A DNA stretch of 64,000 nucleotides from Eledone cirrhosa (taxonomy: Eukaryota). The translations under genes were made by a program, and so were the position numbers. The DNA lies in the NCBI GenBank assembly GCA_964016885.1, contig OZ024740.1, forward strand, positions 273,916,001-273,980,000, in the 5' to 3' direction. Below the pieces are notes generated by a model. It did no database searches. It was given only the letters and a program-made list of their open reading frames with translations, and was not told where the DNA came from. Every line of letters begins with the position of its first letter. The first letter of the stretch is position 1. Shown here one piece after another: positions 42,016 through 53,175 of the stretch.

Positions 42016-42466
42016 TGACAGCTGGCCATATTCACTGAACCAGAACATTTCTCCCAATCCCTTTTCCCTTGACCACTATCTCTCCATTGTCATAACATTC
42101 ACTATAAAGACTACAGAATAGTTTTCCAAATAAGGGCGCAAAAATGTAATGAAAACTTGTTCACGTGACAGCCAAATTTCATTTATAACCAACCAAAAAA
42201 AAGCCTTCGTGAGCCTCCTTGTTTCAAGTAACAAGAAATTCAAACACTCATATATGAAAAAACAACCTGTGACAACCCCCTCCCCCTCTCTTATTTGAAG
42301 AACTATTGTAACGCGAACTGGCGCGAAATTTATTATAATTATTGACAAACCAATCAGATTACTTCTCGAAAAACCTGGCTTTCGAGCCACTTTTTCCATA
42401 TAAAACAAGTAACATTTAGAGACCAACCAGATGTGAGAAAAACCACAGACCCTCCATCTCAACTCA

Positions 42467-42504
42467 CCTTTTGAAAAGCAGAAGAACTGCGAAACCGGTA
42501 AAGG
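42467..42504 (+). ncRNA. Pseudo-LTR hammerhead ribozyme, U3-A8 core variant (inverted copy)
   Basis: cctt TTGAAAA gcag aagaa ctgc GAAA ccgg TA aagg. Confidence 0.85.
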
Positions 42505-43471
42505 AACCAAATAAATATATATATTTTAAAAAAAAAATAAGACTTCAGTTGCATTTTCGATTTCATCTCTTTTTCTTTATACTTCCACTCGTGTAGGACA
42601 CCTCGGTTATTTTTCATTTTGTAAAAAAAACCTCACTTTCTAATATATATATATATATAGAAAAGAGACATGACCCCAAAGAAAACAGATAATTGTAGGT
42701 GAAAAAGTTATAACAGCTCAAAAACATGAGATTTATTACAATAAACTGCTCATAAGGGTATATAGAATTACTAATATGATTGTTTAGGTATACGCAAAAC
42801 ATCGCATTGAAAATAAAACCAAACACTGCTAATTATATCATATTTTAATTAACATATGTTTTATCCATCTTACTAATTATAGTTAAAAATTAATTAATTA
42901 TTAATTAATTAATTATATATTTCAATAATTGGAATCTTCAGATGTAATAAGTCATATAAGTAACATTTTACCTTGACAAACACATTCTGTTTACAGACGT
43001 ACCGTAAGAAAACATTTTGCTTACAACTTAAAAAGACCAACGTCATACATGAGTATTATATTGCTTAACACAGTTATTTCGACCAGTAATTCGTGTAGCT
43101 ATTTAAACGAATAATCATATAATATGGGAAATCTATAGTAAGGGTTATAGGCAATTTTTCCTTTTTGCACAATAAATTATGTATAAATATTAGCAGTCTC
43201 AGGAAGGAGAACACATTTCACATGTTAGATTGTACGTACACCCATATATCTATACTTATATGCACGATACTATACATATGTATACACTCTCACTCTATAC
43301 ATATGTATACATTTCTTCAATTGAAATAAAAATTCAAGTAACTATTTATATAAAAAAAACATCAAAGTAAAAACAATTGATTTTAAGTACATCACAGATG
43401 AATGCCTAAATATACATACGCATACATACATAGATATACTTATATATATTTCTCACCCAGCTATGTGTATG

Positions 43472-43599
<128 letters not shown>

Positions 43600-43681
43600 T
43601 ATATATTATATATATATATATATAATATATAAAATGCAACTTCAGTTACATTTTCGATTTCATATATATATATTATATATA

Positions 43682-43759
<78 letters not shown>

Positions 43760-43847
43760 TTATATATATATATAATATATAAAATGCAACTTCATTTCGA
43801 TTTCATATATATATATTATATATATATATTATATATATATATATATA

Positions 43848-43888
<41 letters not shown>

Positions 43889-43933
43889 TAATATATATAT
43901 ATATATAATATATATAATATATATATATATATA

Positions 43934-43974
<41 letters not shown>

Positions 43975-44377
43975 TTATATATATATATATATATAATATA
44001 TAAAATGCAACTTCAGTTGCATTTTCGATTTCATCCCTTTTTCTTTATACTTCCACTCGTGTAGGACACCTCGGTTATTTTTCATTTTGTAAAAAAAACC
44101 TCACTTTCTAATATATATATATATATATATATATTAGAAAGATCGAGTATCGAAAAATCGGCGCACGAGTTCACGATAAACGAAATTCGATATGAGCGGC
44201 AGAGGGCTCAATAATTCAGATGAATCAGAGCTATAACTATCGTTAAAATACCGTCACATATAGAACAAGTCTACAATCAACCATACGATTTAAAATCGAT
44301 AAAGGAAGATTCGGGCCAAACAGATAAAAAATATCAATAAAACAATACGTCAATAATTTAAATGAATGTAAAATCAT

Positions 44378-44513
44378 ACCCGGACCCACTAGACAGGTGT
44401 TAAATCTAGCTTCATGGGTTTCTGTAAATCCTTAGACTGTACTCTATCAGCTCACATATAAATATAAAAGCCTACTAGAGTAAGTGGAACGGAGGTTTAC
44501 TTTATCAACGAGT
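44378..44513 (-). ncRNA. Extended type I hammerhead, U3-A8 core, long stems II and III (copy 1)
   Basis: Minus strand: actcg TTGATAA a gtaaa cct..act tactcta..ggctt.tatat tt atatg.gagct..tagagta cagt..agg a tttac a GAAA ccca tgaag ctaga..tctag tggg TC cgggt. Confidence 0.8.
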
Positions 44514-44993
44514 TTTTTCATGGCGGCAGAGGAGCCAACTACCAGTGAAAAACGCACATGGCATTAGACAAGGGAGATGACCCCTATATCCGCGAAAACA
44601 ATTCGAGTGAATGTGGAAATACACATATCGAATTAGAGTGCTCAATAGACATGTTAAAATAAAACAAAAGCTATTCATCACTCAATAGAATCGACAAAAA
44701 ATGAGCAATAAAATTAACTGGTGGATAGCTATGTCCAGAGCTAAATATATTAGAAAGATCGAGTATCGAAAAATCGGCGCACGAGTTCACGATAAACGAA
44801 ATTCGATATGAGCGGCAGAGGGCTCAATAATTCAGATGAATCAGAGCTATAACTATCGTTAAAATACCGTCACATATAGAACAAGTCTACAATCAACCAT
44901 ACGATTTAAAATCGATAAAGGAAGATTCGGGCCAAACAGATAAAAAATATCAATAAAACAATACGTCAATAATTTAAATGAATGTAAAATCAT

Positions 44994-45129
44994 ACCCGGA
45001 CCCACTAGACAGGTGTTAAATCTAGCTTCATGGGTTTCTGTAAATCCTTAGACTGTACTCTATCAGCTCACATATAAATATAAAAGCCTACTAGAGTAAG
45101 TGGAACGGAGGTTTACTTTATCAACGAGT
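44994..45129 (-). ncRNA. Extended type I hammerhead (copy 2)
   Basis: Identical to 44378-44513, offset 616. Confidence 0.8.
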
Positions 45130-45899
45130 TTTTTCCTGGCGGCAGAGGAGCCAACTACCAGTGAAAAACGCACATGGCATTAGACAAGGGAGATGACCCC
45201 TATATCCGCGAAAACATACTAAAATACAGCAAGAGGAATGCAAAAAGTATTGTAGAATACCTCTTTTCTCTGCTGCATCGACGATTCCGCTTTATCCATG
45301 ATTTCAAGACTAAATAATTATATATCACACTATATCTTGCCATAATCTGAATGGTATAAACTTTGAAGCACGTCAACTTAAAGGAAAGTGTTACGAGCAA
45401 CAGAACCCATATCAGTTACTTGTGTATTCAACAAATATGTTTGATACTGTGACAAAAGCTGCTCTGTGTCAGATCTTTATCAGATTAAGGTGCACGGAGC
45501 ACTTTGCCAATATAATCGGTTTGGGTAAATATTAGTGGTATCATTTCAGTGCCCTCAAAGTTTAAAATAATGTTATACAGGATGATCTCATGGCTATTTT
45601 TTTCTTTATCAATTTCTCTGTATTTCTCATAAATGCCACGGGACTGTAATGAAGGCAACTCCAACGGGTATCACTCATCAGGAAAGCTTTGCAGCATTAG
45701 GGATTTGCTGTAAAGATTAAAATCCTCCAAATTCTCACTTTCGTCATTCTTAACGATAGACGCTACGATCTAGTTGCCAATTCACAGCAAAGTTTCATTA
45801 ATAGACTGTCTTGTAAAGCATTTGGATTAACGCTTAGCTTCAAATAAATTGTAGTAATATTTCAACCTTCTCTGGGATCTCCTTATATATTGATAGATT

Positions 45900-46700
45900 A
45901 AGACTAAAAAAGTGCATAATTTACCATATTTGGTAAGTACACTTAACATGTATTGCACATTGGATAATGAAAGTGCCTCCCATAGCACGAAGCAACCGAT
46001 TCTCTCTTAGGTCTAATGGTACATATTTGAAGCCGGAAGGGATTTAGAAAAAAGACAGAATATGCAGTGTACATTGCATGTGATCTGTATATTCTCTTAT
46101 ATTACGGTAAAACACTGAGTGTCTACTGGAGTATACTCACAGCAAATACTAAAATATTACAAAATGCAGGTGCAGTCAGCATCGAAGCTCACATCCATAA
46201 GCACCAACTGCAATGGGTAAGCCTGGCTGTCAGATCTGACGATGACAGAATCCCAAAGTAAGTTCTTCACGGCGAGTGAAAGACTACAACACAAACCAAA
46301 AACTGCGCTTCATAGACTGTAATACATTCCTTAACACAGGGACAAATTGACCCAACTCGCACTTGATAGAAAAAGAAAGCACATCGTATTGTAATAATTG
46401 TGTAATACGTTTGCAGGAATCTGCTTCAGAATGGGCTAGCATTAAGGATGCAGTTAAAATAGCCAAATTCTATGCCCCCACCCCCAGTTTTTATGCAATG
46501 TATGTGACCGAATATCCCTGTCAAAAGCTGATTTTACAAGTCATCTACGTAAGCACACAGAAATGCCAAAGGTCGAATACGACCAAATCCTTGCATGCAA
46601 TTTTATATGTGGTAAATATGGCAGAAAACATTTCAATAACTCAGGACTTACAACGCATAAAAATATACATAATTATCGTCTGTATCAGACTGAAGAGCAA
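45900..46700 (+). mobile_element. Highly decayed RTE LINE 3' remnant
   Basis: NTKILQNAGAVSIEAHIHKHQLQWV...DDDRIPK and a C2H2 remnant CNVCDRIS...SHLRKH (~46495-46557). Confidence 0.65.
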
Positions 46701-47549
46701 AATAATGCAAGTCCCTAGCAGACTTTAAAGACACTGCAGGATTCATAACCGCCAGTAGAGATATATTATTTGTCACTGAAGGTCGTACTCGTCTAACGAG
46801 TAGACAGCCATTATATATGTATGAGGTCTTGTGTATGACTATCATTGCGTTTACTGCTCACTTATGTCACATAGTTTAGCAGTTCGACGAAAAGAGTTCG
46901 ATAGAATAGGCATAAGATACAACAGACAATTACTGTGGTCGATATGATCAACACAAATCCCTCCAGTGATGACCGAAGTCTAATGACTGATACTTGTTCA
47001 AGAATAAAATTCTATTCTAATATATGTTTCTCAATCTTTCATTGAACATTCCAAAATGTTCATATTTTGTGTAAGGGAAATTTGTTATACGTTCAAGTTG
47101 TATGGTTATAACGAGTATCATATTTGTACGTATTAAAATAACTTCAGATTGATGTTTTTTTTAATACTCTCACTTGCTTAAGTGTTCTTTTGCTTACAAC
47201 TTGGTCAATCAGTCAAATGACACTTCTTCCTTATATTCTGATGCTTAGAATGGTGACTCTCATAAATTCGTTGAGATCATTGCGAAAGAACTTCTATGAT
47301 CTTTAACATCAACCATAAAATTAGATTAAAATGTTTACTTTAATGTGTTGTTTAATGTAAGTTTCAATAGAGAATATGTGCTTCAACAAATTGTGGATGC
47401 AGACAGAATTGGTTCTATGAAAGAGAATTCCATTTAATTTAATTGTTGACAATCAAACAGTCCGACTAAAAAATTTCTATTGAAATTTTCCCTATATTCA
47501 CACTCACACAGACTCATATATATATATATATATATACACAGACAGAGGA

Positions 47550-47593
<44 letters not shown>

Positions 47594-48048
47594 AGTGTGT
47601 GTGTGCGTTCGTGTGTGTATGTATGTGTGGGTGTATATATATATATGTATACACACATATATATATACATACACGCATATATATATATATATATATACAC
47701 ATACATGATTGTATGTTGATGTGTATTCAACACACACACAAACGCGCGCACGCGATAATAACTATTTTCTATGAAGTTATGTTTTATCTCATAGAAATTA
47801 CAAATTAACATTATTATTTTATCATTATCATTAATATTAGCGATGTTGATTCATCAAAGATTTGGGTTTGAATACTTTGATATTACAACCATAGCAATAA
47901 CATTCTACTTTAAATTTGGGTAACTTAGATAAAAATAATTGTTTGCTTGTTTTTATTTTTTCTTATACAAAAGATAATATTTCTAAAATCAACCACAAAG
48001 TTACCATGAATTATTACAGGAAAGTACATTCTTATATATATATATATA

Positions 48049-49691
48049 TCTAATATATATTTGTGAAATGGGCGGTGGTTGAAATTCAAATGTGCACGGT
48101 TAAATGGTAGTAGACGTGGTCGAACTGACATAAAAATTTAAACACCTATGTAAAAAGTGCCAAGGAAGCAAATAAACGAGGTTTCAAATCTTTAACTTAA
48201 AAAATGTGGTCCCTGGGGCCCCAAAACTATCGCGTTCGGTGAGTTATTTCCCCCTGTTCTAATACTTTTGTCTTATTTACAATTTCATCAACGTTCTTTT
48301 GCTGTTAACATACAGTACCAATAATTTGAAAAATATTATTGAAAGTTTATTATAAAGAAGCAGTTTCAGGAAAAAGTGTAAACTATCATACAAACCTTCA
48401 TAATATGCATTTTTAAACTTGCATATCATCGACATTGCTATTTCGCTGTTAATAAACTATCATCCTTCTACATTTAACGATCATACAGTACCGTTTTATG
48501 AAATCGATTCTGCAGTACGGTCACTGTTTTCCATCAAAAGAAATAAAACCCTTGGCGATTTTAGTGTCCTAAATTATCATCATCGATATTCAATTATTAG
48601 CTCCACCCACTACACGATACGTCACGAAGGTAAATGTTTCGAAAAAATGTTAAACAATATATTGTTTAAAGAAATATTTTTTCTGTTGTTAAAAACTGTA
48701 AATCTGTTGAAAAAAAAATGTATTTCGCAGCAATTTTTTTTTCTGTTAAAAACTGTAAATAAATATTCATGTAAACATGAAGCATAGTGTTTCGGTTAAA
48801 TACATTTTTTTAAAAACAGATTTACAGTTTTTAACAACAGAAAAAAAATTTCTTTAAACAATATATTGTTGCGATATACAGTTTAAAGTTCTTTCGAAGC
48901 ATTCACCTTCGCGACGTATAGTGTGTTAAAAAAAAATGTATTTCGCAGCAATTTTTTTTCTGTTAAAAACTAAATAAATATTCATGTAAAAATGAAGCAT
49001 ATTGTTTCGGTTAAACACTTAAAAACTGTAAATAAATATTCATGTAAAGATGAAGCATAGTTTTTCTGTGAAAAACTGTAAATAAATATTTATTTTGTTC
49101 AAAAAATAAATCAAAAATCTAATTTTCTCTGTTAATATTTTAATAAATATTTAACCATAACAATTCAATGTTTTTTCGTGTAAGAAAATGAACATGTAAA
49201 TATCAAGTAGCAGCAGCTGATGACGTGTCGTAACGTATCGTGTAGTGGATGGAGCTAATAATTGAATGTCAATGATGATAATTTAGGACACTAAAACCAA
49301 GTATCGCCGCCTTGGCGAAATTGCGAAGAAGGGACGCGTGTTTTTTTATTTTAAATCTAATACATGTTAACCACCACTAACAGTAAGTAGTATTTTTTAA
49401 ATTGCATATCATCGACATTGCTATTTCGCTGTTAATAAACAACGCTTTTCACGTCTTTCCACTTCTCATTGTACGCCGTCCAGCCTCAAGTGCATATTTC
49501 TATTTTTTTCCTGAAACTGCTTCTTTATAATAAACGTTCAATAATATTTTTCATCCTTACGGGGTCGATAAAATAAAGTACTAGTAATGCACTGGGTAAT
49601 TGCTGGCCTTGTGCCTACAGTAGAAACAAATATTTTTCAAATTATTAACTTAATAAAAGTGGCCCCGGGTGCAACCGGGCTCAGCTGCTAG
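48049..49691 (+). mobile_element. Non-autonomous Helitron-like element with internal inverted and tandem repeats
   Basis: A|TC start in (TA)n; 3' hairpin cccgg gtgcaa ccggg then CTAG|T. SINE tail inserted at ~49551-49628 with TSD aatatttttca. Confidence 0.7.
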
Positions 49692-49769
49692 TATATATAT
49701 ATATATGAAACTAATACGAACTTGTGTAATTGTGTCTCTGTGTTTGTATCTTATGATATTGAATTCTTG

Positions 49770-50060
49770 TTGGCACTCCATCGGCTAAGACGACGAGCGT
49801 TCCAGTTGATACGATCAACGAAGTAGCTTGCTTATGAGATTAAAGGGCAGTTGGCTAAGCTTTCCACAGACACGCGTACACTTAACGTAGTTCTCATGGA
49901 GGTTCAGCATGACACAGAATGTGACAAGGCTGGCCCTTTGAATTACAGGCACAACTCAATTTTGCCAGCCAAGTGAACTAAAGCAACGTGGAATAAAGTG
50001 TTTTGCTCAACGACGGGACGCGCCGCTGGGAATCGAACTCGCGACCTTGCGATTGTGGCG
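49770..50060 (-). mobile_element. Second tRNA-type SINE family (B); diverged relatives at ~6470-6560, ~8200-8510 and a head at ~38560-38630
   Basis: Minus-strand gagttcgattccc box B, followed by ttgagcaa(a/g)acactttatt shared with the 6.5-kb copy. Confidence 0.7.
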
Positions 50061-50195
50061 GGTATATTTAGAACAATGAACATGGGAAGTTGTTGTAGAT
50101 GTATATTATTCTATATATATGTGGATGCATATTATATTTATATAATATGCATATATATATATAAATATATAAATATATAAATAAACATGTGATAT

Positions 50196-51218
50196 CTCTC
50201 TCTCGTCTACGATTTCACAGAACTTATGTTTACCTAATTCGCAGACCAGACCCGTTCTTCCCCCCGTTAGACCTGTGCGAAATTCCTTCCTTGCTCACAT
50301 TTCAACCAGGTTTGATGGTCTTTATTCTCTCGTTCACGATTTCACCGAATTTAAATTCATAGAAATTTGGGACTTGTCTCCTTCTTCCTCACTTTCTGTT
50401 GCTTCACCATTTTGTTTGTTTACCCTCGCGTCCCCTTTATTTACGTGTCCCAACGACTTTTTTTAGCCGTTGCTCGCACCAACCGGAGGTATATGGTCTT
50501 TAAAGCGATGAAATGCCTGTGATGGTTGGAAGATCACTGATGAAGGACAAACTTTTTTCATATGTAACCCATTTGCAACTCCGCAGCGCCCTTATTATCA
50601 TATTTACACATATTTTTTCCTCTGCTGCTACACCGTCTTTTTCGTTATATGTATCTTTACCCTTTCTAGCAGTCTCTGTCTCTGTTAGCCTCTTCCTCAC
50701 CCTTCACTCACTCATTCTTTGTCACTACCTCTCCTCCTCCTCTTTCTTCCCGTTTGACCTGTGTGTAATTCTTTTCTCTCGCACGCTCGGCCAAGCTGGT
50801 CGGAATTGTTTCTCTCTCTCGTTTACGATTTCACAGAACATATGTTTACCGAATTCGCAGACCAGACCCCTTCTTCCTCCCGTTAGACCTGTGCGAAATT
50901 CCTTCCTTGCTCACATTTCAACCAGGTTTGATGGTATTTATTCTCTCGTTCTCGATTTCACCGAATTTAAATTCATAGAAATTTTGGACTTGTCTCCTTC
51001 TTCCTCACTTTCTGTTGCTTCACCATTTTGTTTGTTTACCCTCGCGTCCCCTTTATTTACGTGTCCCAACGACTTTTTTTAGCCGTTGCTCGCACTAACC
51101 TGAGGTATATGGTCTTTAAAGCGATGAAATGCCTGTGATGGTTGGAAGATCACTGATGAAGGACAAACTTTTTTCATATGTAACCCATTTGCAACGCAGC
51201 AGCTCCATTATTATCATA
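50196..51218. repeat. Partial tandem duplication with 616-bp period, (TA)n-flanked
   Basis: ~50196-50600 matches ~50812-51216 with scattered substitutions. Confidence 0.88.
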
Positions 51219-51227
51219 TATACATAA

Positions 51228-51281
<54 letters not shown>

Positions 51282-51808
51282 CACTCTCTCTATGTATGTA
51301 TATGTGCAGATCCAACTTCACCCTCCACACCAAAGCGATCGAATACCTGTCTCTGAGTCGCAAAGTCTAAATAAATAGATTTTTATTGGATGACAATTGA
51401 AACCCCTTCTGTGTGGCTGGTGCACATTACATGAGAAAATCGGTCTTGGTGACCGATTACTGACTGATACTCACTGCTTCTGAATGGGAAGGATCTCTAG
51501 AAAACACTTTTTATACTCCCGAAGTAATTATAAATAACCCAGACCTAGACAGCAATACTTCCAGCATCACACACTTCTACAGGAAAAAAAAACTCAACCA
51601 CGTTGGTTTACCTGAGGTTCTCACCCGAATATCTCGAAATAAATCAAATCACGTAAAGAGTGTTCTTAGTTGTCTTAGGCAAATTTCCTTTATCGATATA
51701 TGAAATGTGTCTTCAACTAGAAGATAACTTGACTTTCATAATTTTGCCACATACATTAGAGGATACGTAAAACGTGTTGTATAAGCTAGAGCTGTAATGA
51801 TTCCACAC

Positions 51809-51856
<48 letters not shown>

Positions 51857-52204
51857 ATTGGTGTTGGATCCTTAAAGCGTCCGTTTGTGGTAGGCCGTTT
51901 GAGCACTCGATGCTCTCATAGAGCAGATTATGATATCACAGAAAAAAGAGAATCAGTGTTGCGACGAATGGATTTTATTGGACATATTACAATCGTTTCT
52001 TTGGCGACCAGCTCGAGGCAAGATCGATGTGATGATTGAACCTGACTCTGAAAATCGCAAGGTCCTCAGATGCGTCTTGATTCTAGGAAGCAGATTTTCC
52101 TTGTGTCCTTTTATATCGTTATCCTTCGTCTGTTGGCTTAGATCCTGTTGTTGTCATGACACTTTAAGACGTAAAATAATCAGATCTAGCGTAGTGTAAC
52201 ATTT

Positions 52205-52644
52205 GAACAAAGTAGGTTGATTAATGTGGGAGCTAGAGCCGAAAAAATGGAAATTTGAGACTAAAAGTGGTAGTTTTGCATATTTAAGCGGCTGCAACAC
52301 CGTCCCTGAACAACAAATGCAAAATATAAAGCGATTACAGGATGTCGAATGATAAATTCTATTTCGCTTTAAAATTTGAACGAAATCGGCGGCAAAATGT
52401 GGGAACTAGAGCCAAAGATCTTATTTTTCGATACCTAAAAAAAGGTGACCCCCGCTATCGATTTTTATCTGCAGAATGACCCCGGAATAAAAGAAACGAT
52501 ACGCTGATATATGGAAAACCCTCCCCCATAACTAATCTATGAACCTGTAAAGTTTCATGAAAATCGGTCGGAAGATGTAGGCCCCTATAGGTAATACACA
52601 GACACACAGACACACACGCATACTTAATTTTATATATATATAGA
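52205..52644 (-). mobile_element. Helitron-type non-autonomous repeat (5' part)
   Basis: Minus strand begins A|TCTATATATATATAAAA plus (GTGTCT)n. Internal aa.tt..a.gaaatcgg repeats; no clear 3' hairpin. Confidence 0.5.
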
Positions 52645-52799
52645 TAACATCACGTAAGAGCGACTCATGAATTAATACGAGCCACTGGTATGTCACTTTG
52701 ACATTTTTTCTAATCTAATCTAATCGGGCCGAGTTTACACTCGCAAATAAGAAGAACGAGGGCCGCCCCTAGGAGCATTGTATTTGGTGTTCTTCATAT

Positions 52800-53175
52800 T
52801 TGTTTCTGGTGCTGAATACAATCAAGGGTCGCTGCTCTTCCGGAGGTCAATAGTTCTCTTCTAACTCGAGCGGGAGCGCCTTTCCATTGTCAATTTGCAT
52901 TGATCATCTGCAAAGCCGCATTGTTCTCAGAACCACTACACCAGTCTTTCGATGCGTGCAGCTGGAACTACTGCCACCCATTGATTTGGTAGGATTTTTT
53001 TTTTGTAGATGGCCGTTGACTCTTATGAGTTGTTCCGCCGTTTGTTGTGTTTTGTATTGCAGGGTGTCCAAAATCACCCTCCTCATCAAGTAAACTTGGT
53101 GGGGTTGCCGGTTTAGTCGCCGACGAACCTACCATGTGACAGGTTGTACTGGGTTTCATGCTACCAGTAGCACTC
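52800..53175 (-). mobile_element. RTE-like 5' UTR fragment, diverged relative of 20635-21248
   Basis: gtgctactggtagcatg...gcgactaaaccggcaaccccaccaag...gaggagggtga.tttggaca.cctgca...taagagtcaa.ggccatc. Confidence 0.8.

Larger units (their letters stand above)
39415..42650 (-). mobile_element. Penelope-like element, 5'-truncated, with inverted pseudo-LTRs
   Basis: RT plus GIY-YIG ORF between ~560-bp nearly identical inverted repeats (39415-39974 vs 42016-42578); (TA)n flanks. Confidence 0.93.
44133..45216 (-). mobile_element. Retrozyme-like tandem: 616-bp unit, ~1.76 copies, one hammerhead per copy
   Basis: 44133-44600 matches 44749-45216 with about one mismatch seen. No ORF; ends in (TA)n. 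Confidence 0.8.

Noticed and set aside
50513-51082. 189-aa hydrophobic ORF
   Set aside because: It spans the junction of the tandem repeat and a CT-rich tract; no recognisable domain.
51862-52201. Possible solo LTR (TGTT...AACA)
   Set aside because: No target-site duplication and no second copy.
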